From: Octopus vulgaris | Taxonomy: Eukaryota | DNA length: 64,000 nucleotides | Reading direction: 5' to 3' | NCBI GenBank assembly: GCA_951406725.2 | Contig: OX597826.1 | Coordinates: 34,100,001 to 34,164,000 of the forward strand | Shown: positions 13,849 to 26,384 of the stretch, piece after piece | How positions within the stretch are numbered: position 1 is the stretch's first letter | How the letters are laid out: each line of letters opens with the position of its first letter | Notes under the pieces: generated by a model | The model's database searches: none | What the model saw: only the letters and a program-made list of their open reading frames with translations | What the model was told of the DNA's origin: nothing | Position numbers and translations under genes: made by a program

Positions 13849-14129
13849 TATATATATATATATTTATCTATTTCAACATATTTATGTGGGCTGGTGTGAT
13901 ATGTTAATAAAGGAAATTTTTACAGTGATTTTGAAATTTCAGCGATTCCTTTTTGTGTGTGTTGGGTGGGGACCAAGAAAGAGTTACTCATAGGTAATGA
14001 TATGCTGATTGCTTTGGTGGTGAACGTCTTGTGTTTGGTGGTACATTAAGAGTTAGGTTTCCTGTACTAGTACGTTGGAAGCATTATTTAAATAAGAAAT
14101 TATTTCAGTTATTTTAAGACGATGATATA

Positions 14130-15407
14130 CGAGGGGCGTTCAATAATTAATGCCCCTGACCCACTTCTCATAGCAGTAGAGCAACGAAACTTGGCACAGT
14201 TATTAGTCTTTTTCTACATAGGAACCACCCAGAGTTACGCATTTCTCCCATTGCTTGATGCAGCTCTGGAGACCGTTTTTGTAGAAGACCCCAGCTTGGT
14301 CCTCCAACCTGAACGTGACTTCAGAAATCAAGGCTGCATCATCTGGGAAACGCTTTCCTTTCAAAAACAACTTCATGACTGGGAAGAGGTGAAAATCAGA
14401 GGGTGCAAGGTCAGGAAAGTAGGGGGATGGGAGAGGAGTTCATAGCCATATTCCTGTGCTTCTGATCTGGCGACAAGCGAGTTGTGGACCGGAGCGTTGT
14501 CCTGCAGGAGGAGGATGCCTTTGCTGATCTTGCCCCACCTCTTGATTCTGATAACTTCTCTTAATTTCCTTAAAAGTGAAGCATAATAGGCTCCTGCAAT
14601 TGTGGTACCCTTTGCCAAGAAATCTGTCATCACTACTCCGTCCTGGTCCCAGAAGACTGTGAGCATGACCTTGCCAGCGGAGGGCTGCACCCTTGCCTTC
14701 TTTGGAGGGGGTGAGTCACGGTGCTTCTACTGCATTGACTGGGCTTTGGTCTCTGGATCATCGTGATGGACCCAGGTTTCATCCTGTGTAATCAGTCTTT
14801 TGAAAAATGTTGACTTATCTTCTTGGCACATCTCCAAATTCACCCTGGAGCACTCGACGCGTTCTTGCTTCTGGAAAGGCGTGAGCAACTTGGGAATCCA
14901 TCTGGCAGACACTTTTTGCATATGCAAATGGTCATGAATGATAGTTTCCACAGACCCGGTACTAATCTTGACCTCATGGGCTATTTGGCGAATAATTATG
15001 CGTCGATCTTCCAAAATGGCAGCCTCAACTTGACGGACAGATGCCTCAACAATGGCAGAAGGGGCGATCAGATCTGGGAGCTGTTTCCACAGAGTTCCGA
15101 CCATGTTTGAATTCACGATGCCAGCGTTTTACAAGGTCATATGATGGGGCATCATCACCATAAGTTACTTTCATTTCATCAAAAGGCTCCCGTGGTATGC
15201 GTCCTTTCAAATACAAAAACCGGATCACTGCTCGACACTCAACAGGCTCCATTTCACACTTGACTCGGTTCAAACACCTGTAAATCAGAAACCACAATTA
15301 ATTCAGAGCTGTAATTTGCCACTTACTCTATAGAGATATAAATGATTGCACAGCTTGATTAAACAACTGCAAGTGGGTCAGAGGCATTACTTATTGAACG
15401 TCCCTCG
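14130..15407 (-). mobile_element. Full-length mariner transposon (irritans/Himar1-like), 1278 bp
   Basis: 37-bp TIRs at 14130-14166 and 15371-15407 (3 mismatches), with TA target duplications at 14128-14129 and 15408-15409. Confidence 0.95.
14203..15252 (-). pseudogene. Mariner DD34D transposase pseudogene
   Basis: MEPVECRAVIRFLYLKG...ARWIPKLLT...ITQDETWVHH...GKVMLTVFWD...LLLQDNAPVH...HPP...GSYVEKD*, split over ORFs 15046-15297, 14727-15116 and 14373-14690 by frameshifts and a stop. Confidence 0.93.
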
Positions 15408-15826
15408 TATTAAACGGAGTCTTCTGAATATGTTGGTTCCAACAACATTCTTCAAAATTCTTACATCAAAGCGACGCTTCCCAATTTTATCGAAGTAACT
15501 AAAACCGACAACGCAATTTTTTTTTATCCTGGGTTTGAAAGGGAATCCTTACAAATAATTTTTTTGTATAGTATTTATGCTTAACAGAGACGCAATTATC
15601 AACATGTTTTTTAATGCACTTATATTTTTTCATATATTCGCATATATTTGTAAGCCCTCACAAAAAAGTGTTTAGAAGCTGCAAAAATTGCCTTAGGTAG
15701 TGTAAATGAAATTTTCATTGCACAACATATTTTCTCTGCAAAACATGAGAAAAAATCTAGAAAGGAAGCCAAATATGTAACATTAAGCTGTCTAGGTATC
15801 CAATCTCATATGTATATGTGTATTTA

Positions 15827-15874
<48 letters not shown>

Positions 15875-15927
15875 GATATGTATATATATGCATATGGATA
15901 TATATATATATATATATAAATATATAC

Positions 15928-16000
<73 letters not shown>

Positions 16001-16611
16001 TTTTATACTGTAAGTACGTATGATATAGTGGCTGCCATAGAAATTTCGAGTATAACAACATTTTGTATTTAACATTCAATTATATTTTGGAATTCGAAAT
16101 GTTTTAGAACTAAAGTAGTTTTTCTGAATTGCGCAAGCTGCATCTCTTTTTTCCATTTATGTAATGTTCGCTTGTAAAATTTAAATGCCTTATCCTTGAA
16201 TCAATCGATAGAGTTGGGTAATTATATAGGTAGATTTTCTTTTCTATTAAATATTTTTCTTAATTCTCTCTCACTTTCCCATATGGCCTTTAACCTTACA
16301 AAACTTAGTTATTGCTTATTCTAAATTCCAAACATTTTGAATAGGCCGCAAGCGCAGAGCAAAGGCAACATTAATATAGCCATGACATGAGAAGTGAAAG
16401 TCTGGTCTCACGAAAAATCTGGCGACGAAGACTAGAAGGTAAACTGAGAGAACAGCATCAAGCTCGGACTTGGTAAGAAAAATTGCCAACGCCGATTTTT
16501 CAAACACCGACGTTCAATCAAATCCTGATTACCTTATAAGAAAAAGGGTTAATAATAATGAATTCAAGTTTGAGTGTTAGTGGAAATGCTATTTCAAAAT
16601 GTCCACCGAGT

Positions 16612-16615
16612 AGTG

Positions 16616-16690
<75 letters not shown>

Positions 16691-16698
16691 ATAGTAGT
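16612..16698. repeat. (AGC)n/(AGT)n microsatellite
   Basis: Direct reading. It explains the poly-S/L/Y ORFs. Confidence 0.95.
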
Positions 16699-16765
16699 AT
16701 GGGGTTATGCAGGGCAACAGCACGGTGCTGCATCCACTATTTGTTAGTGATTCCCTTCTACTTCT

Positions 16766-16998
16766 TATTTCTTTATTGCCCACTAGGGGCTAAACATAGA
16801 GGGGACAAACAAGGACAGACAAACGGATTAAGTCGATTAGATCGACCCTAGTGCGTAACTGGTACTTAATTTATCGATCCCGAAAGGATGAAAGGCAAAG
16901 TCGACCTCGGTGGAATTTGAACTCAGAACGTAACGGCAGACGAAATACCGCTAAGCATTTCGCCCGGCGTGGTAAGGTTTCTGACAGCTCGCCGCCTT
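16766..16998 (-). mobile_element. tRNA-derived SINE family B (tail type 1)
   Basis: Reverse complement of aaggcggcgagctg...ctttgcctttcatcctttcggg.tcgataaattaagtaccag...gtttagcccc. Flanked by the direct repeat (cctt)ctacttct. The central domain resembles the Meta-SINE domain as I recall it. Confidence 0.92.
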
Positions 16999-17204
16999 CT
17001 ACTTCTAGCAGACGACGTCTTTACACCAGTCAGGAGACCACCCTCCAACTCGTGGGTTCCATTTTGGTGAGGGTTTAACGAGGTCGGAGTGTAAATCCTA
17101 TGTCAAACTTTTTTCGTCGCCTTTTACGATACGCAGAGGTAATATTGGGCGTATTCTTTGGCATGGCGGACTTCACAGAATACTACAGGCTCAAAGGCAC
17201 AATG

Positions 17205-17287
17205 CACCACCCGGATTCAGGAATCGAACTCACGATCTAGCGTTCGTGAGTGCAACACCCTAACCACTAATCTACACGCCTTCACAT
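17205..17287 (-). mobile_element. tRNA-derived SINE head fragment
   Basis: Minus strand gtgaaggcgtgtagattagtggttagggtgttgcactcacga...gagttcgattcct carries A- and B-box-like motifs. Confidence 0.6.
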
Positions 17288-17646
17288 CTAAGAAGGATAT
17301 AACTAATTTCTGAAAACATATTTATGTAAAGTTTCGTTAGACAATCGGACAAACCAACTTTTAAAGTATTTAAATTCTGTGAGCAAGCTGCATCTGGGTG
17401 GACTGTGCCTTTTATCTTTCTGGGGATGACAAATCAATGACGATTACTGTGGTTGATAAAAAACAGTATCACCCACTCTATGATAGATATCTATATGATA
17501 GAGAACTTTTTCACGAGACTGAAAGTGGTTTTAGTTTTCGTCTTCAAATTTCAATTTGCAAATGTATGCGCTTGTGAGTATGTATTCAGGTATTACCATT
17601 TCATGAGCTATAATATACATACGTACGAGCACATATATATATATAC

Positions 17647-17679
<33 letters not shown>

Positions 17680-17726
17680 CATACATACATACATACATAC
17701 ATACATACATACATACATACATACAT

Positions 17727-17986
17727 TATGGCTGCCCCCTCGTTATCGAGTATGGCCATTGCACGAAGCTTAACTGTTACTGGTGCTGTGATCGATTGTA
17801 ACTTTTTAGCCTAGCTAAAGATCTACAATGTCTTGTACAGAATTAGCAACTAATACCTTTAACGGTAATAGCCGGCTGTAGTTGTAACTGGGCTTCATGT
17901 ACCTTGGCATGTCGTTTAAGTCCTCCTGCCGAATTAACTCTCTTCCACATGTCCGACAGATATGATTAGCATGGTGTGTTACACCA
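17727..17986 (-). mobile_element. 3' end of an RTE-clade LINE inserted in a (TACA)n tract
   Basis: C-terminal NHICRTCGR..KRHAKVH zinc-knuckle remnant, then an RTE-like 3' UTR ending ggccatactcgataacgagggggcagccat. (TACA)n lies on both sides. Confidence 0.6.
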
Positions 17987-18179
17987 TACATACATACATA
18001 CTTACATGCATACATACATACATACATACATACATACATACATACATACATACATACATACTTGGCTTCTCAAAACCAAATAGGAGAAAGCTAATTCGAA
18101 GACTACAGATCCAATCTATCACTGGAACTGTAAAAATCTATAAAACTTTCAAGAAGTTTGGCATTTAAACATATACGAG

Positions 18180-18335
18180 TATGTCAAGATATGCAACTAT
18201 ATGCATGAGAATACATAGATAAAGCAAAACTCTGTTGTTGATGCTGAAATTCCAATAAAGGAGCGTTGAATCTAGGTTAGAAACCGGCCCTCTCTCTATG
18301 GCATGAAATATTGAAACAAAACTGAAAGGTGACTT
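18180..18335 (+). mobile_element. Probable PLE terminal-repeat remnant with a strongly decayed hammerhead-like segment
   Basis: ccaataaaggagcgttgaatctaggttaGAAACCGGccc has GAAA followed by the CCGG palindrome. TA-rich flanks. Confidence 0.3.
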
Positions 18336-19507
18336 ACAAACATATATGTGTCTACATGTTTGTATGTCGGTCTATATATGCATATATACATATATACATA
18401 CATTATGTATATGCTTATATCTATATATATGTGTGTGTGTGTGCGTGTTTGTATGATTGCATATATCTGTTCATAGTTTCTAGAAGTGTTTTTGAATAAA
18501 TTACTCAATTATATTTTTTATCCTCATTAAAATGTTTTTCTTACATTCGTTGGAATTTTAAGATGGCCACTTTTAAAAATAAATTCATAAACACACATAT
18601 ATGTCAATCTCCACGTACACACACACACACAGAGACATTAACACATACATATTTGCATTTGTACTCTACATACGTAAACTCAGGCACAAATATATATATA
18701 TACATTACAAACATACCATGAACATTCATACATATAAGTATATATATATATATGCATACATAAATATATATATATATATACACATATGTATATGTATATT
18801 CATATACAAATACACACATATATGTTTAAGTCTATTTGGACAATCATACACCCCTATATAAGGACGTTCACGTACAAACATATACATATTCACGTTTATA
18901 CTCAGTCAATTATGTATGTTAATACATAAACACACAATAAACATATGTGATGAACAAACATGATAGGACTGCAAATTAGCAAATGATAAAACAAAAGACA
19001 GAAACTACGACGATGATGAAGACGAGGATTATTATTATGCTGGTGATGTTCATGATGACGAAGAAGTATTCAGAAGTTGTGAAATTGCTTTATATTCATT
19101 AGTATATAAAGTTTTTTAAGTATGTGATGATTAAGCTGGTACAGGGTGAGGGTACGGAAACGAAAATTTCACATCACCTGTCACTGGAAATAATGAATAA
19201 GTAAAAGTAAAGAACTTGAATTATAAATAATTCAAGAGAGAAGTACTCAAGGTAACGTCTAGCATCTCATGTAGTATATGGAGCATGGGACTCGTGGTAG
19301 GTGAAGAGGCCGCGTGAAGCAACGACTTCCACACATATTTCACATGTATGTATATGCGTATACATATTATATATATACATACTTATATACGAATATATGT
19401 ATATGTGCGTGTGTGTGTGCATATATATATGCATATATATATATATGTGTGTGTGTATATTTATATATATGTATATATATATAAATATATCTATCTATCT
19501 ATCTATC

Positions 19508-19538
<31 letters not shown>

Positions 19539-19542
19539 CGAG

Positions 19543-19544
<2 letters not shown>

Positions 19545-19630
<86 letters not shown>
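19545..19630. repeat. (GATA)n microsatellite
   Basis: Direct reading. Confidence 0.95.
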
Positions 19631-20129
19631 TGGTCTTCGTACGTATTTATGTACACATACACATACACGAAGGTATATTTAGAAATAATGAGAGAGAAAT
19701 AGATTGGAAAAGATTTGAATTGACGGAAGTAGACATACATATAAATATTTGCATTATATATTACTATATACAGTATGTTATTGTATATTATATAAGTCAT
19801 ATAGCGAGATAACTCAATTCACATGCAGAGTACAACGTGTGTATATATTGTGTAGAGGACATGCAAAGGTGTACAATTTAATATTTTATCATGTGAGAAT
19901 TAGGTCTTAATATGGCCTAGGTGCATCACAACAAACTACATACAGCAATCTTCAGGCCTGAAGATCTTTATAAATAGCTGAATATGAAACAACTAGCAGC
20001 ATGTAAGATTTTACTATTTACATGAAACCCATAGTTTCATGTAATGAAATAATAGAAACTATAGTAGTACCATGGTCTAAAAAGTACATACACCCATGTA
20101 TTCACATAAACATGTTTCTACATATGCAC

Positions 20130-20173
<44 letters not shown>

Positions 20174-20193
20174 CAGTGTACATTTAAACACAT

Positions 20194-20252
20194 GAGGAAT
20201 TCATTTGTGGGATTCAACGCTAGAGGAATCCATTTGTGGGATTCAACGCTAG
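20194..20252. repeat. 29-bp tandem duplication
   Basis: gaggaat(t/c)catttgtgggattcaacgcta occurs twice. Confidence 0.9.
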
Positions 20253-20559
20253 AAAGAACAGCTAGGTTCCATAACCACAAAAGTAGGGATAAAATTCGAC
20301 AGGAACGAAATGAAAAAATATAAACATTTTACCATCTTGTTTCCTGGACTAATTGGTTTCTGATTTTAGTTTAGCAAGTGAAATAACATATACTCGCGAG
20401 GTGAAATTGTCCTCAGCAGGAACACCTTGGGTTAAATATATGAACACGAGGCGATCAAACTTTGTGCCTCTTGTTTATACATCCTTTGGACTAAATTTTT
20501 ATACGTTATGCCACTGGAAATGGAAAGTTTAATTAATTTTCATTTCCATTTGATATGAT

Positions 20560-20611
<52 letters not shown>

Positions 20612-20614
<3 letters not shown>

Positions 20615-21642
20615 GTTACGAGAGGTAATGGTGTCATTGAGACACAAAGATGTCAGGTAATACTGAATAAGTGCTATATATAGATCATAGTTAAGTTCCA
20701 GGTTCGGTGGTTATGCGAATAAGGGGTTCAACTTTGGTTATATGTCAGCGTATGTATATGAAAATTATTTTGTATCCCTTCATCGGTGACATTGTGAGAG
20801 GATGGTTAAGTAATAGTTAATTTAGATATGATATAAAATAGAGAGTGAGGTGGAGGAAAGAAAATTGATGTGTAATATGTTGGGATATTGTATTTGTAGA
20901 TCCATTTTTTTCAGATTCCAATACCTTATGAGTAAAATCCAATAATATTTAAAATTGGCCATTCCAAGTATAGAGTTTAAACACTGTTATTGAATCAAGG
21001 GTTTTATTGAAAGGGACCTAAAACTAGGGAGTGTATTAGTAGGGTCAAATCGAAAACAGGAAGAGAAGAATAAAGAAAGAGAAAAAGGGGGGAAGAGAGA
21101 AAAGGAGAATATAATAAAATAAAAAATAAAAAAAGGATCAGGATGAGAGGAATAAGGGAAAGAAAGAAAAAAATACAGATATAGATAAGGGAAAGAGTAC
21201 CAGTTAGGGGTCAGTGGAGATAATTTGAAAGTAGGAGTGGGGAGATAAAAGGTGATAGAGAAAGAAAGGTATTAGAGTGTAAGAAGATAGAAGGCATTGG
21301 GGGTGATAAAAGGCAAAGGAGTGACAAATGTGTAGTGATAGGGTCTAAGTGGTGGGGCAAAGAGAGGGCTAGCAGTAAGGAATTAAAAATTTAGGAATTT
21401 AGACGATTTGTAGATCAGTGCTTAGTAATATAAGAAAATATTCATGTGAAGATGTATACATATGTGTATATTAGACATGTATATATATATTTATACAGAT
21501 ATTTATACATATCAATATTTACACACACAATTCTTACTCGTATGTGCATATACATACGATGAAGGGATATAATAAATAACATGGAAACAGCTGTAAGATC
21601 TTTTATCTATAAATGTTCCAAAATCTACACAGCCTTGGTTTG

Positions 21643-21645
<3 letters not shown>
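20612..21645. mobile_element. Probable PLE-derived remnant with two oppositely oriented cgatgaagggata motifs
   Basis: tatcccttcatcgg at ~20773-20786 (minus) and acgatgaagggata...GAAACAGCTGTA at 21556-21595 (plus). The region is bounded by (TA)n/(GA)n. Confidence 0.35.
21556..21595 (+). ncRNA. Degenerate minimal hammerhead-like motif with 8-nt palindromic stem III
   Basis: aCGATGA agggata taataaa taacatg GAA ACAGCTGT A. Stem II is decayed; the ACAGCTGT palindrome and GUA triplet are intact. Confidence 0.4.
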
Positions 21646-21677
<32 letters not shown>

Positions 21678-21774
21678 CGTATATACGTATATATATATAT
21701 ATACATGCATATCTATACATGATATATCATATACAAATTCGTACATTCATACACACACACAAACACACACACAT

Positions 21775-21817
<43 letters not shown>

Positions 21818-22618
21818 CTCTGCACATATATATGTAATATATACATATACATACACACATATATGTACGTACACGCGCACGCGAACAGACGTTTGCATCA
21901 CTTTTAGTTTGAAATCTGATGTGGCTGCCAAAAATAAATGTCGAAAGTAAGGTGTGTATGTGTGTGTTTTTGAACTATTTTCAGCCATTATTTCGTCTAT
22001 ATTATTCTATTAGTATAATTTGATAGTATATCAATTTTATTACGCACTCAGACTTTTGCATGAAAAATATTTTCTCCTAATATTAAGGGTTATTTATTAA
22101 TATGAGACATACATACGAACAGACATATACTTACGTGCATACATCTATATACGTATAAACGTGTGTGTGTGTATATGTGGATATACTCATACGATCGTGT
22201 GTCTGTTTCTATGTGGGGGGTGGGGTGCCATTATACAGGGAATATATAATTCAGAAAATTATTTTTTCTGAACTTAATTCCCATAAATGTCAATGTATAT
22301 TAAAAGTTGAACTCCCTCATCAGTCTAACTCTTAATTCAAGTGAGGACAGCTCTTAATTTTGTCAATATGATTATGTCATAGTTTCTTCAGTCTTAATTC
22401 GACTTGTCTTTCGAGACGCACCTATCAAAGCTATTTTGTTAATTGCATCAACATATATTAAGTTTTCGCTTAAGCACAAGACAAATTATTAAGATAAACT
22501 TTGTTTTTCACCCATGTGAGGGTCGGAGTAAAAAGTAAGATCATTATATTAACACTCAAGCATACATACCTATATACATACATACAAACATACATACATA
22601 CATACATACATACATACT

Positions 22619-22828
22619 CTCTTTTACTTGTTTCAGTCATTTGTCTGCGGCCATGCTGGAGCACCGCCTTTAATCGAGCAACTCGATTCCGGGACTTATT
22701 CTTTGTAAGCCCAGTACTTATTCTATCGGTCTCTTTTGCCGAACCGCTAAGTGACGGGGACATAGACAAACCAGCATCGGTTGTCAAGCAATGCTAGGGG
22801 GACAAACACAGACACACAAACATACACG

Positions 22829-22869
<41 letters not shown>

Positions 22870-23040
22870 GCATATATACGACGGGCTTCTTTCAGTTTCC
22901 GCCTACCAAATCCACTCACAAGGCTTTGGTCGGCCCGAGGCTATAGTAGAAGACACTTGCCCAAGGTGCCACGCAGTGGGACTGAACCCGGGACCATGTG
23001 ATTTGTAAGCAAGCTACTTACCATCCAGCCATTCCTGCGC

Positions 23041-23042
<2 letters not shown>
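22619..23042 (-). mobile_element. tRNA-derived SINE family A, full length
   Basis: Minus strand starts ggcgcaggaatggctggatggtaag (A box) and gggttcagtccc (B box). It has an internal microsatellite and a 3' end gactgaaacaagtaaaagag. Confidence 0.93.
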
Positions 23043-23072
<30 letters not shown>

Positions 23073-23299
23073 GCACACATACACACACGCACGCGCATAA
23101 ACGTACTTACATATATTCACACACGTACATACACAAATAAAAACATATGTGTGTGTGTGTGTGTCTATGTGTATGTATCACTTGATCGACAAGGGTATCA
23201 GATGTTGTTATACATCACTAGTCACAATGCGCTTTGCATCGTTTTAGCTTCTGAATGATGTCACCCTACTGGTTAACTGAGTAGACCAACATACCTTCT

Positions 23300-23450
23300 G
23301 ATCAGAAGTCCATCGTAGTGTTACCCAGTTGCAGTTGAGTGGACTGGAACAATGTGTAATGAAGTACTTTGCTCAAGATCACAACAGGATGGAAATGGAA
23401 ATCAGGATCTCACGGACGTGGGTATCACATGTCTAGCCACTAGGCCACGA
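23300..23450 (-). mobile_element. Old tRNA-derived (CORE-like) SINE fragment
   Basis: tgagtggactggaacaatgtgtaatgaagtactttgctcaagatcacaac...ctagccactaggccacg is related to the plus-strand copy at 58145-58315. Confidence 0.5.
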
Positions 23451-23689
23451 GCCCTTATATATTTATGCATGTACTTGTGTGTGTGAATGTACATGTGTAT
23501 GTGCCTATGTGTATACACACACATACATAAATATACACTTTTATCTTTCTCTTCCCTATAGGAAATATGGCTTCTACGATACGTTATTTTACCATGTATG
23601 ATCCACTTCTCTATACCTTGCACTTGATGTCCTTTCGTTGTTCGGACCATCAATATTTTAGGTGGTATCCATTATATTTACTAACGTTA

Positions 23690-24200
23690 CGAATCCCATT
23701 GCTTGACCGCGAAGAAGCTGCCGTTTGATCAGCCAGTGCTATATTTCATATATTCGATCGGCAATTGACAATAAGTTGAGTGAAAAATCATGCCAGATTC
23801 AGAAAAAATTGAAAATTTATTGATTTGATATTTGCACTGAGAAACATCACTAAACAATACGTTGATCTACAATCGATCGTTCCATTGTACGTTAGTTTCG
23901 TAGATTTGGGAAAGGATATTGACAGTGTATGCATGAAGAATCTCTGACAGATCTAAGGTTATTTGGAACCCGGATAAGATCGTCACCCTTTCTAAACTAG
24001 TTCTGTAAGATTTTAGAATCTGGTGAGATCTTTGACGACAAGAGATTTTCCTGAAATTTTTTCAATAAAAACTGTTGCATGATAGCTTTCTGTAAGTTAA
24101 CAGAGAAATACTATAGAATTGCACATCGAAAATGTAGTCAGGTGAAAAAAAATACATATCCCAAAGCCTCGATTAACAGAGGCTGTTCCATCAATTGGTA
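23690..24200 (+). pseudogene. RTE-clade LINE reverse transcriptase fragment
   Basis: Broken translation IDNKLSE..(A)RFRK...IDLIFALRNITKQ...LYVSFVDLGKDIDSV...L*QI matches the RTE RT pattern 'EEQAGFR..RSC.D.IF.LR...LY..FVDF.KAFDSV'. Confidence 0.7.
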
Positions 24201-24324
24201 AACAAAATTAATTATCATTAAGGTATGTCCATTATCTAAAGACAGCAGCATGCAAGGGGTATATTTTATCGACACCACAAATATTGATTTCAAATTTTGG
24301 CATAAGGCCAGCAATTGTTCAAAC

Positions 24325-24468
24325 AGGGCTTATTTTATAGACCCCCGAAAGGGTGAAAGGTAAAGCCAAACTCGATGTAATTTGAACTCAGAACGTATAG
24401 GCGGACGACATATCACTAAGCATTTTTCCAGGTATGCTAACGATCCGGGCAGCTTGCCACCTTCGTCG
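24325..24468 (-). mobile_element. Old SINE family B fragment
   Basis: gacccccgaaagggtgaaaggtaaagcc...tttgaactcagaacgta...ctaagcatttt...gctaacgatc..gcagcttgccacctt. Confidence 0.75.
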
Positions 24469-24494
24469 CTACAAATATTAAAGATATGTGAGAT

Positions 24495-24544
<50 letters not shown>

Positions 24545-25200
24545 TGGTGGTGGTGGTGGTGGAGGAGGTTATGTAAGTGCCCCTATAAAATCAAAACCTA
24601 GCGGTTTGCCGAATAATAAACAATAAAATATGGTAGGAAGAGAAATAAGCACCGTGGGCGAAACGTTGGATTAAAATATTCGAGGGCAGCGCTCCAGCAT
24701 TGCCACAGTCCATTGACGGAAACAGTCAACATATTATTAGAAAGAAGTAAAATGGCGGTGCCCCAGCATGGCCACAGCTCATAGGCTGGAACTGGAATCA
24801 ATCAATCAATCATGTAAGACGCAAAGCGGAGCACGGTGTATTCTAATAAAACGTTACAACGACAGGTATTAACTGAGATTATAATGCGTAGACATCACAT
24901 ATTATTGACTGACTGAAATAAAAGCATTATCAGTGAATACAAATAACTATTTATAAAGATATTAAGAAATATGAAATATCGAGGTGATATTAAAACATGA
25001 AAAGGAAGAGATAAAGATAATATTAATATGGTGAATCAAGATCAAAGTTAAAATACTGTAAAATAATATAAACTCTTTTGAGATAGTATTTGTATGATAT
25101 CATGTCTATAATTTAAACATATGAGAGTAGAAAATATAAACTAAAATGTTCTCTCTCTCTCTCAGTAAGAATAATAATAAGAATAAGAACAAAGATAGTA

Positions 25201-26370
25201 CTTTCTTTATTAATCACTAAGGGTTTATAAACGACTTTGGGAACGACACAGTACAATACAATATGGGGTTACATAAAATGAAATGTGTAAACAATGAAAA
25301 TCATAACACAATAAAATTTAACAACGGAAACTTCCCCAAGAAAGGAATACTTCCTTGAGTTGCTCGTAGGGACCTCACAAAACCACTGTCACTTTGACCA
25401 TTATAGCTAGTGCCCTCTCCACATCATCATCCTTCAACCTACAGACACGTGCTTAGAATAGGCTCGTTCGCTCGGACCATTGTTACAGCATTCACTTATC
25501 TTTTAAGAAAATTGCTGGGAAGCAGCACTCCCCTCTCTATCCTCACTTTCCTTTTCAAGTGAAACTTGAAAAAGGGGGCTTGGCCGAAGAGGAAAGTGTC
25601 TGTCGTCAGCCAGGTAAATTTGGTCCACGACACAACCTCTTTCGTTAAGGCCAAAGAAAGACGGCTGGACGATCTTCACAATCTTCACAGTCGATAGCTG
25701 GATCCGTTCTAAACGTGAAAGTAGACGTTCGACATAAATCCACAACGCTCGGGCACAGGACGTAAGCATGCAAAACAGTTTCGTCGCTCCGTTCCCATCT
25801 CGGGCAAGCCTTGCTGACGGCACTTCTGTGCCTGTAGAGTTAATAACAAACCGGCAATACCCCCCACCCACAGGAGCAATGCCAGGCTAAAGATATCTGG
25901 AAATTATCCATAGGCCCCGGCCTGAAAGTCCGGAACCTACCAGTCAACCCATTCTCGTAGACGTGTAGAGTCTTCCCAAGAACGTCGTCACACTTGTCAG
26001 CCACTAGCTCTTTATAGAACGCCAGAGTAGAAATTCCATTGATCATGTCGCCTGACTGACTGAGGACTGTAAACGACTAACCACACTTTAGATGCTAGGC
26101 GCCCTGCCTTGGTCTACGCTTGATCTAGGACTGCAGCTCAGCTAAAGAGATAAGCCGTGGAAAATCCTGACAAACGGCGACCACCCCGGCTCATCGTCAA
26201 GGAAGCGCTGGAGAGGGTTTGGCATCAGTGAACGTCAGCGTATCAGCAACTACGTCATGCTCAGGCCCTCCATTCAAGCCCTGTCAGTGGTTATTGACAG
26301 CAAATGGAGCTCCTGGACGGTGGATCACGTCACTTCTATAGAATATCCCAGTTTCTTCAGACATCTCCTG
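25201..26370 (-). mobile_element. 5'-truncated Tx1/L1-clade LINE (ORF2 C-terminus with zf-RVT region and 3' UTR)
   Basis: Fragments STLAFYKELV...FRPGPMDNFQISLAWHC and LWIYVERLLSRL...IVKIV, plus WSPFVR upstream, resemble L1/Tx1 ORF2 C-termini. Frameshifted; the minus strand ends in aataaagaaag. Confidence 0.7.
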
Positions 26371-26384
26371 ACGTCTTATCAGAG

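Noticed and set aside
20194-20252. 29-bp direct repeat as CRISPR-like
   Set aside because: Two adjacent copies with no spacer, in a eukaryotic context with no cas genes.
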